Assembly (NCBI GenBank): GCA_041659225.1
Contig: JBAZYR010000002.1
Coordinates: 8,439-72,438 of the forward strand
Length of the DNA stretch: 64,000 nucleotides
Direction: 5' to 3'
DNA from: Candidatus Staskawiczbacteria bacterium
GTDB lineage: Bacteria; Patescibacteriota; Minisyncoccia; Minisyncoccales; Staskawiczbacteraceae
In this document: piece by piece, positions 36,467 through 44,637 of the stretch
Position numbering within the stretch: the first letter of the stretch is position 1
Layout: every line of letters begins with the position of its first letter
Made by a program: the position numbers and the translations under genes
Notes under the pieces: model-generated
The model's database searches: none
Told to the model about the DNA's origin: nothing
Seen by the model: only the letters and a program-made list of their open reading frames with translations

Positions 36467-37378
36467 ATGATGAACAATTTTAAAAGAGTTTTAAAATTCG
36501 CTTGGACTGATTTTTCAAGAAATCGCAGCAATAACTTTGCAGCAATTTTTGTCTTGGCCTTACCGATACTCTTGGCAACCTCTTTATTCGTTTTCCAGGG
36601 AATATCAGAATATATAATTTATGAAGTTAAAGGGAAGATGGATGTAACGGCATTTTTTCAACAGGATGTCGCCGAATCCGATATTTTAAGAGTAAAGGAC
36701 GAACTCATCGATCTTTCTCCTGAGATAAAGTCTGTCACATATGTTTCAAAAGATCAGGCTATGGAGAATTTTATCGCCCGTCACCAGAATGACCCGGATT
36801 TCTCTGAGGCTTTGGAGGAAGTGGGGGTCAATCCGTTTCTATCGTCTTTAGACATCGTGACTGATGACCCGCTTCAGTATGAGAAGGTTGCTTTCTTTTT
36901 AGAAGCTGGACCATATGCCCAACTCATAGATAAAGTGGATTATTCTCAGAAAAAAGACACAATCGAAAAGGTTTTTAGCATTACCGCCAATGTTAATAGA
37001 TTCGGCCTTGTCTTGGGGATTATTCTATTCCTAATCGCCATTCTTGTAGTTTTGAATACTATTAAGTTGTCTATTGATAGCTCCAAAGATGAAATTACTA
37101 CAATGAAGCTAGTGGGTGCGTCCGATTGGTTTATCCGGGGTCCATTTATTGTTCAAGGAATAATTTGCGGATTCGCCGCTTTTCTAATATGCTTTGTTAT
37201 CTCTGTTTCCCTCATTTTCCTCTTGTCGCCGAATATTGCTTTCCTTACGCCTGGGTTTACAATAGCCCATTATTTCACAAGCCACCTGCTTATTGTGTTA
37301 TTGATTCAGCTGGGGTTCGGTGTCGGCCTTGGGGCTTTAGCCAGCTTTATTCTTGCGAGAAGCTATTTGAAGGTGTAA
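36467..37378 (+). CDS. ftsX: Cell-division permease-like protein FtsX
   Basis: 303 aa. N-terminal TM, extracytoplasmic domain and C-terminal FtsX three-helix bundle (MKLVGASDWFIRGPF). Confidence 0.85.
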   Translation: MMNNFKRVLKFAWTDFSRNRSNNFAAIFVLALPILLATSLFVFQGISEYIIYEVKGKMDVTAFFQQDVAESDILRVKDELIDLSPEIKSVTYVSKDQAMENFIARHQNDPDFSEALEEVGVNPFLSSLDIVTDDPLQYEKVAFFLEAGPYAQLIDKVDYSQKKDTIEKVFSITANVNRFGLVLGIILFLIAILVVLNTIKLSIDSSKDEITTMKLVGASDWFIRGPFIVQGIICGFAAFLICFVISVSLIFLLSPNIAFLTPGFTIAHYFTSHLLIVLLIQLGFGVGLGALASFILARSYLKV

Positions 37379-37396
37379 TATTGAATTTAGCGATTT

Positions 37397-37467
37397 TCCG
37401 GGATCGTCTAATGGTAGGACATATGCCTCTGGAGCATAGAATCTTGGTTCGAGTCCAAGTCCCGGAA
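37397..37467 (+). tRNA. tRNA-Gln (anticodon CUG)
   Basis: Acceptor TCCGGGA/TCCCGGA, anticodon stem-loop TATGC-CTCTGGA-GCATA, T-arm CTTGGTTCGAGTCCAAG. Confidence 0.85.
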
Positions 37468-37478
37468 CAGTAGGGCTT

Positions 37479-37550
37479 GGGCGTGTAGTTCAGTGGTAGA
37501 ACGCTGTCCTGATAAGACAGAGGTCGAAGGTTCGATTCCTTCCACGCCCA
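37479..37550 (+). tRNA. tRNA-Ile (anticodon GAU)
   Basis: Acceptor GGGCGTG/CACGCCC, anticodon stem-loop CTGTC-CTGATAA-GACAG, T-arm GAAGGTTCGATTCCTTC. Confidence 0.9.
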
Positions 37551-37605
37551 CATCATATTCCGAGAGAAGGTCGCCTTTCTGGCGATTTTTTGATACAATT
37601 AAACA

Positions 37606-37926
37606 ATGACTTGGATTATCCCGCTTGTATTTTTAATATTGTTTGAAATTATCGCTGACATTCTTGCAAAGGGCTGGGCGTTACATGGTTCATCTATAAG
37701 GTGGATTGGAGCAATCTCGGCATATATAATCGCAAACTCTTTTTGGTTAATAGCTTTAAGACAGGGATCGGGTCTTGGTCGCGGAGCAGTTATTTTTTCT
37801 GTCGTTTCTGCGATATTAGCCGTAGCCGTAGGATTATTACTGTATAAAGAAGGTTTTACCCGAATACAGTTTGTTGGAATCTTTCTGGGTCTGATTTCTC
37901 TTATTTTGATATTCTGGAACAATTAG
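37606..37926 (+). CDS. Small four-helix membrane protein (SMR/DMT-like)
   Basis: 106 aa. Four hydrophobic helices with an EIIADILAK-type first helix. Confidence 0.5.
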   Translation: MTWIIPLVFLILFEIIADILAKGWALHGSSIRWIGAISAYIIANSFWLIALRQGSGLGRGAVIFSVVSAILAVAVGLLLYKEGFTRIQFVGIFLGLISLILIFWNN

Positions 37927-37992
37927 TGTTTTTAATGCTTTCTTTAATTTAATTTGATATTGTGCGAGTATTATTAACTCAATTAAGTAATT

Positions 37993-38187
37993 ATGCGCAT
38001 TTTTAAAACGTGGTCGTTTCTTTGGTGGGAAGTGGGTTTAATAAAAATATGTCTTATTTCTTTAGGCATAATTTTGGGTGTTTACTTTTCCAGTTATCTG
38101 GCCGGCCTGTTGTGGCTCTGGTGGATACTATTCGTTGTAACCGCAGTATATTTTATAATTAAATGCATAAAAGATTGCAATAAGTAA
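37993..38187 (+). CDS. Small membrane protein
   Basis: 64 aa with two hydrophobic helices. Confidence 0.35.
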   Translation: MRIFKTWSFLWWEVGLIKICLISLGIILGVYFSSYLAGLLWLWWILFVVTAVYFIIKCIKDCNK

Positions 38188-38191
38188 AATC

Positions 38192-38587
38192 ATGAAAGGA
38201 TATATATCAAATATTGAGCAGGACACTTTGGGAAATAGTAATTTCCGCAAAGTACTCTACACTGGCAAGCACAGCCAGTTAGTATTAATGTCGTTGGCTC
38301 CGAAAGAAGAAATTGGCATGGAGGTTCACGAAGAAAACGACCAGTTCTTCCGATTCGAGAAAGGCCAAGGCAAGTGTATTATTGACGGCAACGAATATGA
38401 GCTTTCCGACGGAGTAGCTGTTGTGGTTCCTGCCGGAGCGCAGCATAATATTATTAATACTTCTGAAACGGAAGAGTTAAAGCTATATACAATTTATTCT
38501 CCAGCTCACCATAAAGACGGTATTGTCCGTGCTACTAAGGCAGAAGCTGAGAATGGGCCGGAGTTTGACGGAGTTACTACTGAATAA
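38192..38587 (+). CDS. Cupin-domain protein
   Basis: 131 aa. GMEVHEENDQFF...VVVPAGAQHNI pattern (cupin motifs 1 and 2). Confidence 0.7.
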   Translation: MKGYISNIEQDTLGNSNFRKVLYTGKHSQLVLMSLAPKEEIGMEVHEENDQFFRFEKGQGKCIIDGNEYELSDGVAVVVPAGAQHNIINTSETEELKLYTIYSPAHHKDGIVRATKAEAENGPEFDGVTTE

Positions 38588-38747
38588 TTTCGATTGACAA
38601 GCCGTTTAGAATAAGTAGAATATATATAGGTAGCTTTATTTAGATACTTTAGGTATCCTAAGTAAATTCTGATTCTCTGGCGTCTTATTAGAGAGAATTT
38701 CAGGAAAGGTCGGGCTACTGAAAAATACGATGGAATTTTAAGAAAAC

Positions 38748-39062
38748 ATGGCAAAAGAAAACGACAAGGAGTTCCTTGAGTTCCTTATAAAGGCGTTAGT
38801 TGACCATCCGAAAGATGTCGAAGTCGACAGAAAGGTCGACGAAATGGGAGTATTACTTTCATTGAAAGTAAACCCCGAGGACATGGGTCAAATTATCGGC
38901 CGCGAAGGTTCAACTGCCAAAGCTATCAGAAGCTTGGTAAGAATCGTTGGACTTAAAAACCACGCCCGGGTTAACTTGAAGATTGAAGAACCAGAGGGTG
39001 GTCGCGCTCCAAGGAAAGAGGACAAGAAACCAGTTGAAGATATTGATAACATCACTCTCTAA
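38748..39062 (+). CDS. KH-domain RNA-binding protein (YlqC/UPF0109-like)
   Basis: 104 aa. Contains GQIIGREGSTAKAIRSLV (GxxG loop). Sits upstream of trmD, as in the common rpsP-KH-rimM-trmD neighbourhood. Confidence 0.8.
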   Translation: MAKENDKEFLEFLIKALVDHPKDVEVDRKVDEMGVLLSLKVNPEDMGQIIGREGSTAKAIRSLVRIVGLKNHARVNLKIEEPEGGRAPRKEDKKPVEDIDNITL

Positions 39063-39112
39063 TTTTGAGAGAAGCAAAAGCCGTGCTATGATAATAGTAC
39101 GGTTTTTGTTTT

Positions 39113-39778
39113 ATGAAATTCGATATTATTACAATTTTTCCCGATATATTTAAAGGATATTTCGGCCAATCTTTAATAAAAAAAGCCCAGGACAAGGGCC
39201 TTATTTCTATTCGTATCCATAACCTACGGAATTGGGCCAAAGATAGCCATAAAACTGTTGACGAAAAACCTTTTGGCGGCGGGTTGGGAATGGTTATGAA
39301 GGTTGAGCCTATTTACAAAGCAATCCAGGCCCTGAAAGGTAAAAAGAAAACAAAAGTTATTCTTTTTACTCCTCGGGGGAAAAAGTTCGATCAAAAAGTT
39401 GCCAACCAGCTATCAAAGCTTGACCAAATAATATTCATCTGCGGAAGATACGAAGGAATTGACGAACGAGTGGCAAAAAATATAGCGGATATGCAATTAT
39501 CAATAGGGGATTATGATTTAATGGGCGGGGAGTTGCCGGCAATGATTGCAATTGAGACCATAAGCAGGTTGATTCCTGGGGTTATCGGGAAAAAGGAGTT
39601 ATTGAAGGAAAGGGTTCAGAAAGGAGGAGGGTTTATTGAATACGAACAATATACCAGACCCGAGGTTTTTTCCCCGAAGAAAGGCGTGAACTGGAAAATA
39701 CCGAAAGTATTAGTTTCTGGCAATCACAAAGAAATACAGAAATGGAGGGAGAAACATCATAAGGTTATTGGCAAATAG
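39113..39778 (+). CDS. trmD: tRNA (guanine37-N1)-methyltransferase
   Basis: 221 aa. MKFDIITIFPDIF, CGRYEGIDERV and GDYDLMGGELPAMIAIE. Confidence 0.95.
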   Translation: MKFDIITIFPDIFKGYFGQSLIKKAQDKGLISIRIHNLRNWAKDSHKTVDEKPFGGGLGMVMKVEPIYKAIQALKGKKKTKVILFTPRGKKFDQKVANQLSKLDQIIFICGRYEGIDERVAKNIADMQLSIGDYDLMGGELPAMIAIETISRLIPGVIGKKELLKERVQKGGGFIEYEQYTRPEVFSPKKGVNWKIPKVLVSGNHKEIQKWREKHHKVIGK

Positions 39779-39808
39779 AGTTTTTTGTGTTAAAAATTAG
39801 ATAATTCA

Positions 39809-39894
39809 GGGTAGGTACCAAAGTAGTCAACTGGACCTGACTGTAAATCAGGTGGCTCCGGCCTTCGGGGGTGCAAATCCCTCCCTGCCCACCA
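39809..39894 (+). tRNA. tRNA-Tyr (anticodon GUA), long variable arm, CCA encoded
   Basis: Acceptor GGGTAGG/CCTGCCC, anticodon stem-loop CCTGA-CTGTAAA-TCAGG, variable arm GTGGCTCCGGCCTTCGG, and 3' ACCA. Confidence 0.9.
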
Positions 39895-39985
39895 GAAAAT
39901 AGTTGTAATTGGCAGACTAAAACCTATAGGTTTTAGTCTTGTTTCCTGGTTGTGTTTGACTTATAATTAGCTAAGTTAAACACAT

Positions 39986-40606
39986 ATGAAGAAATTATCA
40001 ATCGAAAAACTTAAGAATTTATATACCACTCAAGGAAAATCTGCTCAAGAAATATCTCGGATGATTGGTTGCTCTGAACACGGAATAAATTATTGGCTGC
40101 GTGTTTATAGAATAAAGAAGAGGACGATAAGCGAAGCGATTTATTTAAAAAATAATCCAAACGGCGATCCTTTCCGGATTAAAAAAGATCTAACCACAGA
40201 TGAGCAAAATTTATTGGGTTTGGGATTGGGTCTTTACTGGGGTGAAGGGAATAAAAAGAGTAAAACCGCAGTACGATTAGGTAATTCCGATCCCAAGCTT
40301 ATCAGAACTTTTCGTGAGTTTCTCGTGAAGATATGTAATGTTAAAGACGAGAAAATAAAGTATAATCTGCTTTTATTCAATGATGCGGATGAAAGGAGTG
40401 CAATTAATTTTTGGGGAAAGGAGCTTGGTTATTCCTCAAATCGGATAGGCTCCGTTACCTCTCTGAAACCTCGCGGGAAAGGAAATTACAAGAAAAAAAG
40501 CATGACAGGAGTTCTTATGATTGAGTTTAATAACATTAAACTTAAGAAAGAAGTAGACGCAATGCTGGATGACAATATGAGAAGAGTTTTAAAACTGCCA
40601 GGATAG
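39986..40606 (+). CDS. HTH + LAGLIDADG-like (homing-endonuclease-like) protein
   Basis: 206 aa. N-terminal HTH (KSAQEISRMIGCSEHGINYWL). A single LAGLIDADG-like motif LLGLGLGLYWGEGNK, followed by VRLGNSDPKLIRTFREFL. Lies between two tRNA genes, and its last 10 nt overlap tRNA-Thr. Confidence 0.4.
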   Translation: MKKLSIEKLKNLYTTQGKSAQEISRMIGCSEHGINYWLRVYRIKKRTISEAIYLKNNPNGDPFRIKKDLTTDEQNLLGLGLGLYWGEGNKKSKTAVRLGNSDPKLIRTFREFLVKICNVKDEKIKYNLLLFNDADERSAINFWGKELGYSSNRIGSVTSLKPRGKGNYKKKSMTGVLMIEFNNIKLKKEVDAMLDDNMRRVLKLPG

Positions 40607-40670
40607 CTTAGTCGGTTAAAGCACGTCATTGGTAATGACGAGAGCGGCGGTTCGATTCCGCCTCCTGGCT
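40597..40670 (+). tRNA. tRNA-Thr (anticodon GGU)
   Basis: Acceptor GCCAGGA/TCCTGGC, anticodon stem-loop CGTCA-TTGGTAA-TGACG, T-arm GGCGGTTCGATTCCGCC. Confidence 0.9.
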
Positions 40671-40702
40671 CAGGAAATATATAAATATAAAAAAATAAAA
40701 CA

Positions 40703-40864
40703 ATGGCAAAGAAAAAACAGTTTTCTAAAATTCAATGTACGACCTGCAAGGAAGTCAACTACTTCACAAAGAAATCGAAGGCGGCTGCGGAGAAGAAGTT
40801 GGAATCAAAAAAGTTTTGCAAAACTTGCAGAAAACATACGGCCCACAAAGAGGGGAAACGGTAA
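40703..40864 (+). CDS. rpmG: 50S ribosomal protein L33
   Basis: 53 aa, below the ORF-track cutoff. MAKKKQFSKIQCTTCKEVNYFTKKSKAAAEKKLESKKFCKTCRKHTAHKEGKR, with two CxxC pairs and the typical L33 length. Confidence 0.85.
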   Translation: MAKKKQFSKIQCTTCKEVNYFTKKSKAAAEKKLESKKFCKTCRKHTAHKEGKR

Positions 40865-40925
40865 TAGCCATTTATTCCTCCTCAGGAAGTGCGAAAAAAC
40901 CCGAGCCATTAGCCCGGGTTTTAAA

Positions 40926-40953
40926 TTGACAACGACGGCAGAAAACGTAATAT
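40926..40953 (+). promoter_or_regulatory. Sigma-70-type promoter of the pyrF-pyrE unit
   Basis: TTGACA, 16-nt spacer, TAATAT. Confidence 0.55.
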
Positions 40954-41035
40954 AAAGTCAACGTATTTCTGGCTTTCGCCAGACGTTTGATTGCGTCTTT
41001 TACAATTTGGCTGGAAAGCCGAAGGAAGGTGTCCA

Positions 41036-41932
41036 ATGATGGGTTTCCGGGAGAAGCTCGCCAGAAGGCAACACGAGGCGAAAACATTGGTGTGCGTGGG
41101 TCTTGATCCGCTAGTCGAGAATATGCCCGAATGCCTAAGAGGCAAGGAAGCATTTTTGGCCGCAGACATCGCATCCTGGATGCTCAAGATTGCAACGGCG
41201 ACAGCGCCGTTCGCTTCGATGTTCAAACCTCAAAGCGCTCACTGGGAGGCAATTCCCGGCGGTGCTGATGCGCTGAGGAAGGTCGTGAATGGCATTCACG
41301 ATGCCTTCCCGGGCATTCCTGTGTTTCTCGACTGCAAGCGCGGAGACATCGCCCGCACTCAGCAGCAGTATCGGGCCGCGCATTTCGGTTTTCAGGGGGT
41401 GGACGGAATGAACTTCTCGCCCTACATGGGTAAGGACTGCATGGCCGCACTCGTGGATAAAGGGAATCTCGGCAGAGCCCTCGTCGGGCTCTGCTATACG
41501 AGCAACCCGGATGCGCGAGAAGTGCAGAATGTTTGCATTCTGGGTCACGACCCCTATCAGTATTATTGGGAGTTTATCGCCGGACGTGTTCTGGCTTGGG
41601 CTGAAGAACTCGGCGTTGCCGAAAATGCCGGGCTTGTGATGGCCGCTGCCTACAAGCCCAGGAAAGACGGCTTGGAGATTTACTCCAAACACTTAACGCG
41701 TTGCCGGGAGCTTGTCGGCGACCGGTTGTGGTTCCTAATCCCCGGAATCGGAGCGCAGCACGGCTTTATCGAAGAAACCGTTCGTACTGCCTATGTTGGC
41801 CCGGGATCTGTTGCAATCAACTCCTCGTCGGAGATCGATTTTGCCAGTAACGGTACTGACTTTGCGGAAGCTGCGGCGAAGAAAGCAATGGAATTGCGTG
41901 ATGGCATCAATAGTGTCCTTGTTAATTCGTGA
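41036..41932 (+). CDS. pyrF: Orotidine 5'-phosphate decarboxylase (type 2)
   Basis: LVCVGLDP, FLDCKRGDIARTQ and SSEIDFAS-type C-terminus. The start is moved to ATG 41036, downstream of GAAGGAAGG. Confidence 0.8.
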   Translation: MMGFREKLARRQHEAKTLVCVGLDPLVENMPECLRGKEAFLAADIASWMLKIATATAPFASMFKPQSAHWEAIPGGADALRKVVNGIHDAFPGIPVFLDCKRGDIARTQQQYRAAHFGFQGVDGMNFSPYMGKDCMAALVDKGNLGRALVGLCYTSNPDAREVQNVCILGHDPYQYYWEFIAGRVLAWAEELGVAENAGLVMAAAYKPRKDGLEIYSKHLTRCRELVGDRLWFLIPGIGAQHGFIEETVRTAYVGPGSVAINSSSEIDFASNGTDFAEAAAKKAMELRDGINSVLVNS

Positions 41933-41964
41933 TACGGCTGACCCAAGAAAGGAGCGAACGAACT

Positions 41965-42735
41965 ATGGCCAAACGCAGGAAAATCGAAATTGCCGGTGAC
42001 AATCATTTGGAAACACTCGGCAGATGCGGAGGTTATTACGCTTGTCCGAAAGATCCGAATGGTTGCAGATTGGGCCCGCTCGTCGGTTACGCCGGCGACT
42101 ACGAGGCACCTGACGGCAGCAGGAAGCGTTTTGTCGGGGATGTTTACGCCAATTTCGCCCTGGCCGAGTCCCACCCCCACGTGCTGAAGTTCTTTGCGAG
42201 ATGTATCAGTGTGAGCTTGAATTCCCAGGTAGACCTAAGAACTATCGACGTTTTTTGCGGAGCTCCCATTGGGGGATACTCTTTGGCTGATGCCCTTGGC
42301 TTAGGTAATAATATCGGCATGATCAAAGCCGAGAAAAAGGTCCTTGCACTGAAGACGCCGAATTCCAGGGAGACCTCCAAAATCGTTTTTGCCCGGCACG
42401 AAGTCAAGGCCGGCCAACGCGTGGTCATAGCCGAAGATGTTTGCAATAACTTCTCGACAACTCGAGAGCTGATAACGTTGATCACTTCCGCCGGTGGAAT
42501 CGTCCTGGCAATTGTTTGTTTCCTTAACCGTTCGATGACGGTTGGCAGTACATACGTCTTGCCGCTCGAATCCGGTGTTCTGCAGATACCGGTGGTAAGT
42601 CTGGTGGGCATGCCTATCAACGAATGGAAACAGGAAGATCCGGCGGTTGCCGAGGATATTGCCAAAGGCAACGTGGTTTGGAAAGCTAAGGATGAATGGG
42701 ATCGCCTTATGCTGGCGATGAGCGCTCACGCCTAG
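41965..42735 (+). CDS. pyrE: Phosphoribosyltransferase-family protein, orotate PRTase-like (divergent)
   Basis: PRPP-binding loop VVIAEDVCNNFSTTRELI. Positioned directly after pyrF. AAAGGAG lies upstream of ATG 41965. The assignment to orotate as substrate rests on context only. Confidence 0.55.
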   Translation: MAKRRKIEIAGDNHLETLGRCGGYYACPKDPNGCRLGPLVGYAGDYEAPDGSRKRFVGDVYANFALAESHPHVLKFFARCISVSLNSQVDLRTIDVFCGAPIGGYSLADALGLGNNIGMIKAEKKVLALKTPNSRETSKIVFARHEVKAGQRVVIAEDVCNNFSTTRELITLITSAGGIVLAIVCFLNRSMTVGSTYVLPLESGVLQIPVVSLVGMPINEWKQEDPAVAEDIAKGNVVWKAKDEWDRLMLAMSAHA

Positions 42736-43022
42736 GCGTTGAATCCTTCGTAAGTTTATTAATCGACCAACAGGGCCCGAAATAGCGAGAAATCATTTTG
42801 GGTCTTTTTTTTGTAAAAATATTTACATAGTTGCGGGTTAGCGACATGAATGAGAAAACATAAATCGTTTGTTTAAAAAAATCCTGCTCAGTGCCCAGAG
42901 TTTTATCTTAATCAAGACATTGACATGCTTCCGCTATTTTAATAGAACAATAGTATAGTGTGTGACCTTTGACAACCATATTCTTGTAAGATTCCGCGAT
43001 GCGGAATCGGAAAGGCGGCGTT

Positions 43023-44489
43023 ATGTCGAAACATTCCCCTGCAAGAGCTAATTTCCCAATTTTGCCCGGGTTAGGGCAACCTATGCGCGGTAAAGTTCGA
43101 GATACCTACAATTTGCCCGACAACAAACTGCTGTCCGTCGCAAGCGACGGTATAAGCATTTTTGATTTTGTCCTAAACGCAACAGTGCCTGAAAAGGGAA
43201 GTATTCTTAACGCACTGAATCATTTCTGGCTTCAGTACTTTGCAAAGCTTGGATTCGAAACTCATTTTGTAGCCGCTGGTCCCGCTATTGCCAACTATTA
43301 TCTTCCAAACGGACTCGAGCCCGATGCTGATCTCCAATCCCGGGCGATGGTAATCAAGAAGCTCAGTATGGCTCCTGTAGAATTCATAGCTCGAGCTGTA
43401 TTAACCGGCTCCGCCGTAGGGAGTTATGCAGAGAACGGCCAGGTTTGCGGACACAAGCTTCCTTCAGGACTGCAAGACGGCGATGAGCTTCCGTACATTC
43501 TTGACACGCCTACCAGCAAGGCTGAGGCAGGGCATGATGAACATCTTCCAGCCAGTCGGGTGAGAGAGGCGTATCCATACCAGACGTATTTGCTCTTGCA
43601 GATGTTTCAGATTGCTTCAAACTACGCAGGGCAGCGGGGGATTAAGATTGCTGATGCGAAAGTCGAATTCGGCATAGCTGGAACAATCGGAGACGAGATA
43701 TTCACTCCGGATTCAAGCCGTTTTTGGGAAATGCAAACCTGGCTCGACGGCCGAGAAGTCGCTACCGGCAGAAAGGCACCGCCGTCCTATGATAAGCAGA
43801 TTGTCCGAATTTGGGGCATCGGCCAAGGTATCAACACGTTGAATCCCGAAAAGCCCGATGACGTCGCACAGGCGCACGCAATGGTTGTACCTGAGGGCCT
43901 TATTCGGCAAACTACAAAAACCTACCGATATATGTTCTGGAGATTGATCGGTCAAACAAGGGAACGTTATCTCCGGGATGTGATGGGAATTGACGTTAAA
44001 CCCAGCGTTAAAAACATCGCGATTATATGCGGAAGCGAAACTGATTTGCCCGCGGTTAGGGCGGTCCTTCCCGATTTTCCGGCCTCGGCTGCGCGAATTG
44101 CTGTCCACGTTATGAGCTGCCACCGAAATCCCGATGCTGTTGAGGCTTTTGCTGCGAGCGGTTGCGGCGGAGTGGATGCGGTTATCGCGGTTGGGGGCAA
44201 GGCTTTTGCTTTGCCGGGTATCTTGGACGCCTTCATCCACGCTAACGGTTTGGATGTCCCGGTTATCGGCGTTGCTCTTGGCAACCCCGGCAGCAGATCC
44301 TTTGAAGCAGCAAAACTTTCCATTGAAGAATTGCCAGGCACACCTGTCGTAATCGACGAATTCTCAGGTCACTGCTATTGCAGAGAAGAAGGGCTTTCTC
44401 AGGCCATCACCCGAGTCATTACGGGCGAATTACCGCCTCCAAAACCTCGCCTATTCCGGCCTGTTCTGGCGGTTGGCAGTAATTTCTAA
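43023..44489 (+). CDS. purC: Fusion protein: SAICAR synthetase (PurC) N-terminal domain + PurE-like (AIR carboxylase/N5-CAIR mutase) C-terminal domain
   Basis: N-terminal part: GKVRDTY...LLSVASDGISIFDFV...ADAKVEFG (PurC). C-terminal part: IAIICGSETDLPAV...VMSCHRNPD...AVIAVGGKAFALPGI...PVIGVALG (PurE fold). Confidence 0.75.
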   Translation: MSKHSPARANFPILPGLGQPMRGKVRDTYNLPDNKLLSVASDGISIFDFVLNATVPEKGSILNALNHFWLQYFAKLGFETHFVAAGPAIANYYLPNGLEPDADLQSRAMVIKKLSMAPVEFIARAVLTGSAVGSYAENGQVCGHKLPSGLQDGDELPYILDTPTSKAEAGHDEHLPASRVREAYPYQTYLLLQMFQIASNYAGQRGIKIADAKVEFGIAGTIGDEIFTPDSSRFWEMQTWLDGREVATGRKAPPSYDKQIVRIWGIGQGINTLNPEKPDDVAQAHAMVVPEGLIRQTTKTYRYMFWRLIGQTRERYLRDVMGIDVKPSVKNIAIICGSETDLPAVRAVLPDFPASAARIAVHVMSCHRNPDAVEAFAASGCGGVDAVIAVGGKAFALPGILDAFIHANGLDVPVIGVALGNPGSRSFEAAKLSIEELPGTPVVIDEFSGHCYCREEGLSQAITRVITGELPPPKPRLFRPVLAVGSNF

Positions 44490-44506
44490 ACAAGAATAGC
44501 GATAAT

Positions 44507-44535
44507 AGTCCTCGTGTCCGCACGCAGGACTTTTT
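44507..44535 (+). terminator. Rho-independent terminator after the purC-purE fusion
   Basis: AGTCCTCGTG-TCCG-CACGCAGGACT followed by TTTT. Confidence 0.7.
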
Positions 44536-44637
44536 GTTTGACATTTTATCGCCGCTATACTAGTTTTAATCAACAAGACTTTTTATGCGCCAAATCGATG
44601 TTTGGCGCAATGCAGTCCTTTGACAAAGGAGGATCAG

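Noticed and set aside
37126-37598. ORFs 37126-37473 (+) and 37347-37598 (-).
   Set aside because: They run through the 3' end of ftsX and across tRNA-Gln and tRNA-Ile. They are artefacts.
40629-40955. ORF-track entries 40629-40955 and 40735-40929.
   Set aside because: They overlap tRNA-Thr and are out of frame with the real 53-aa rpmG gene (40703-40864).
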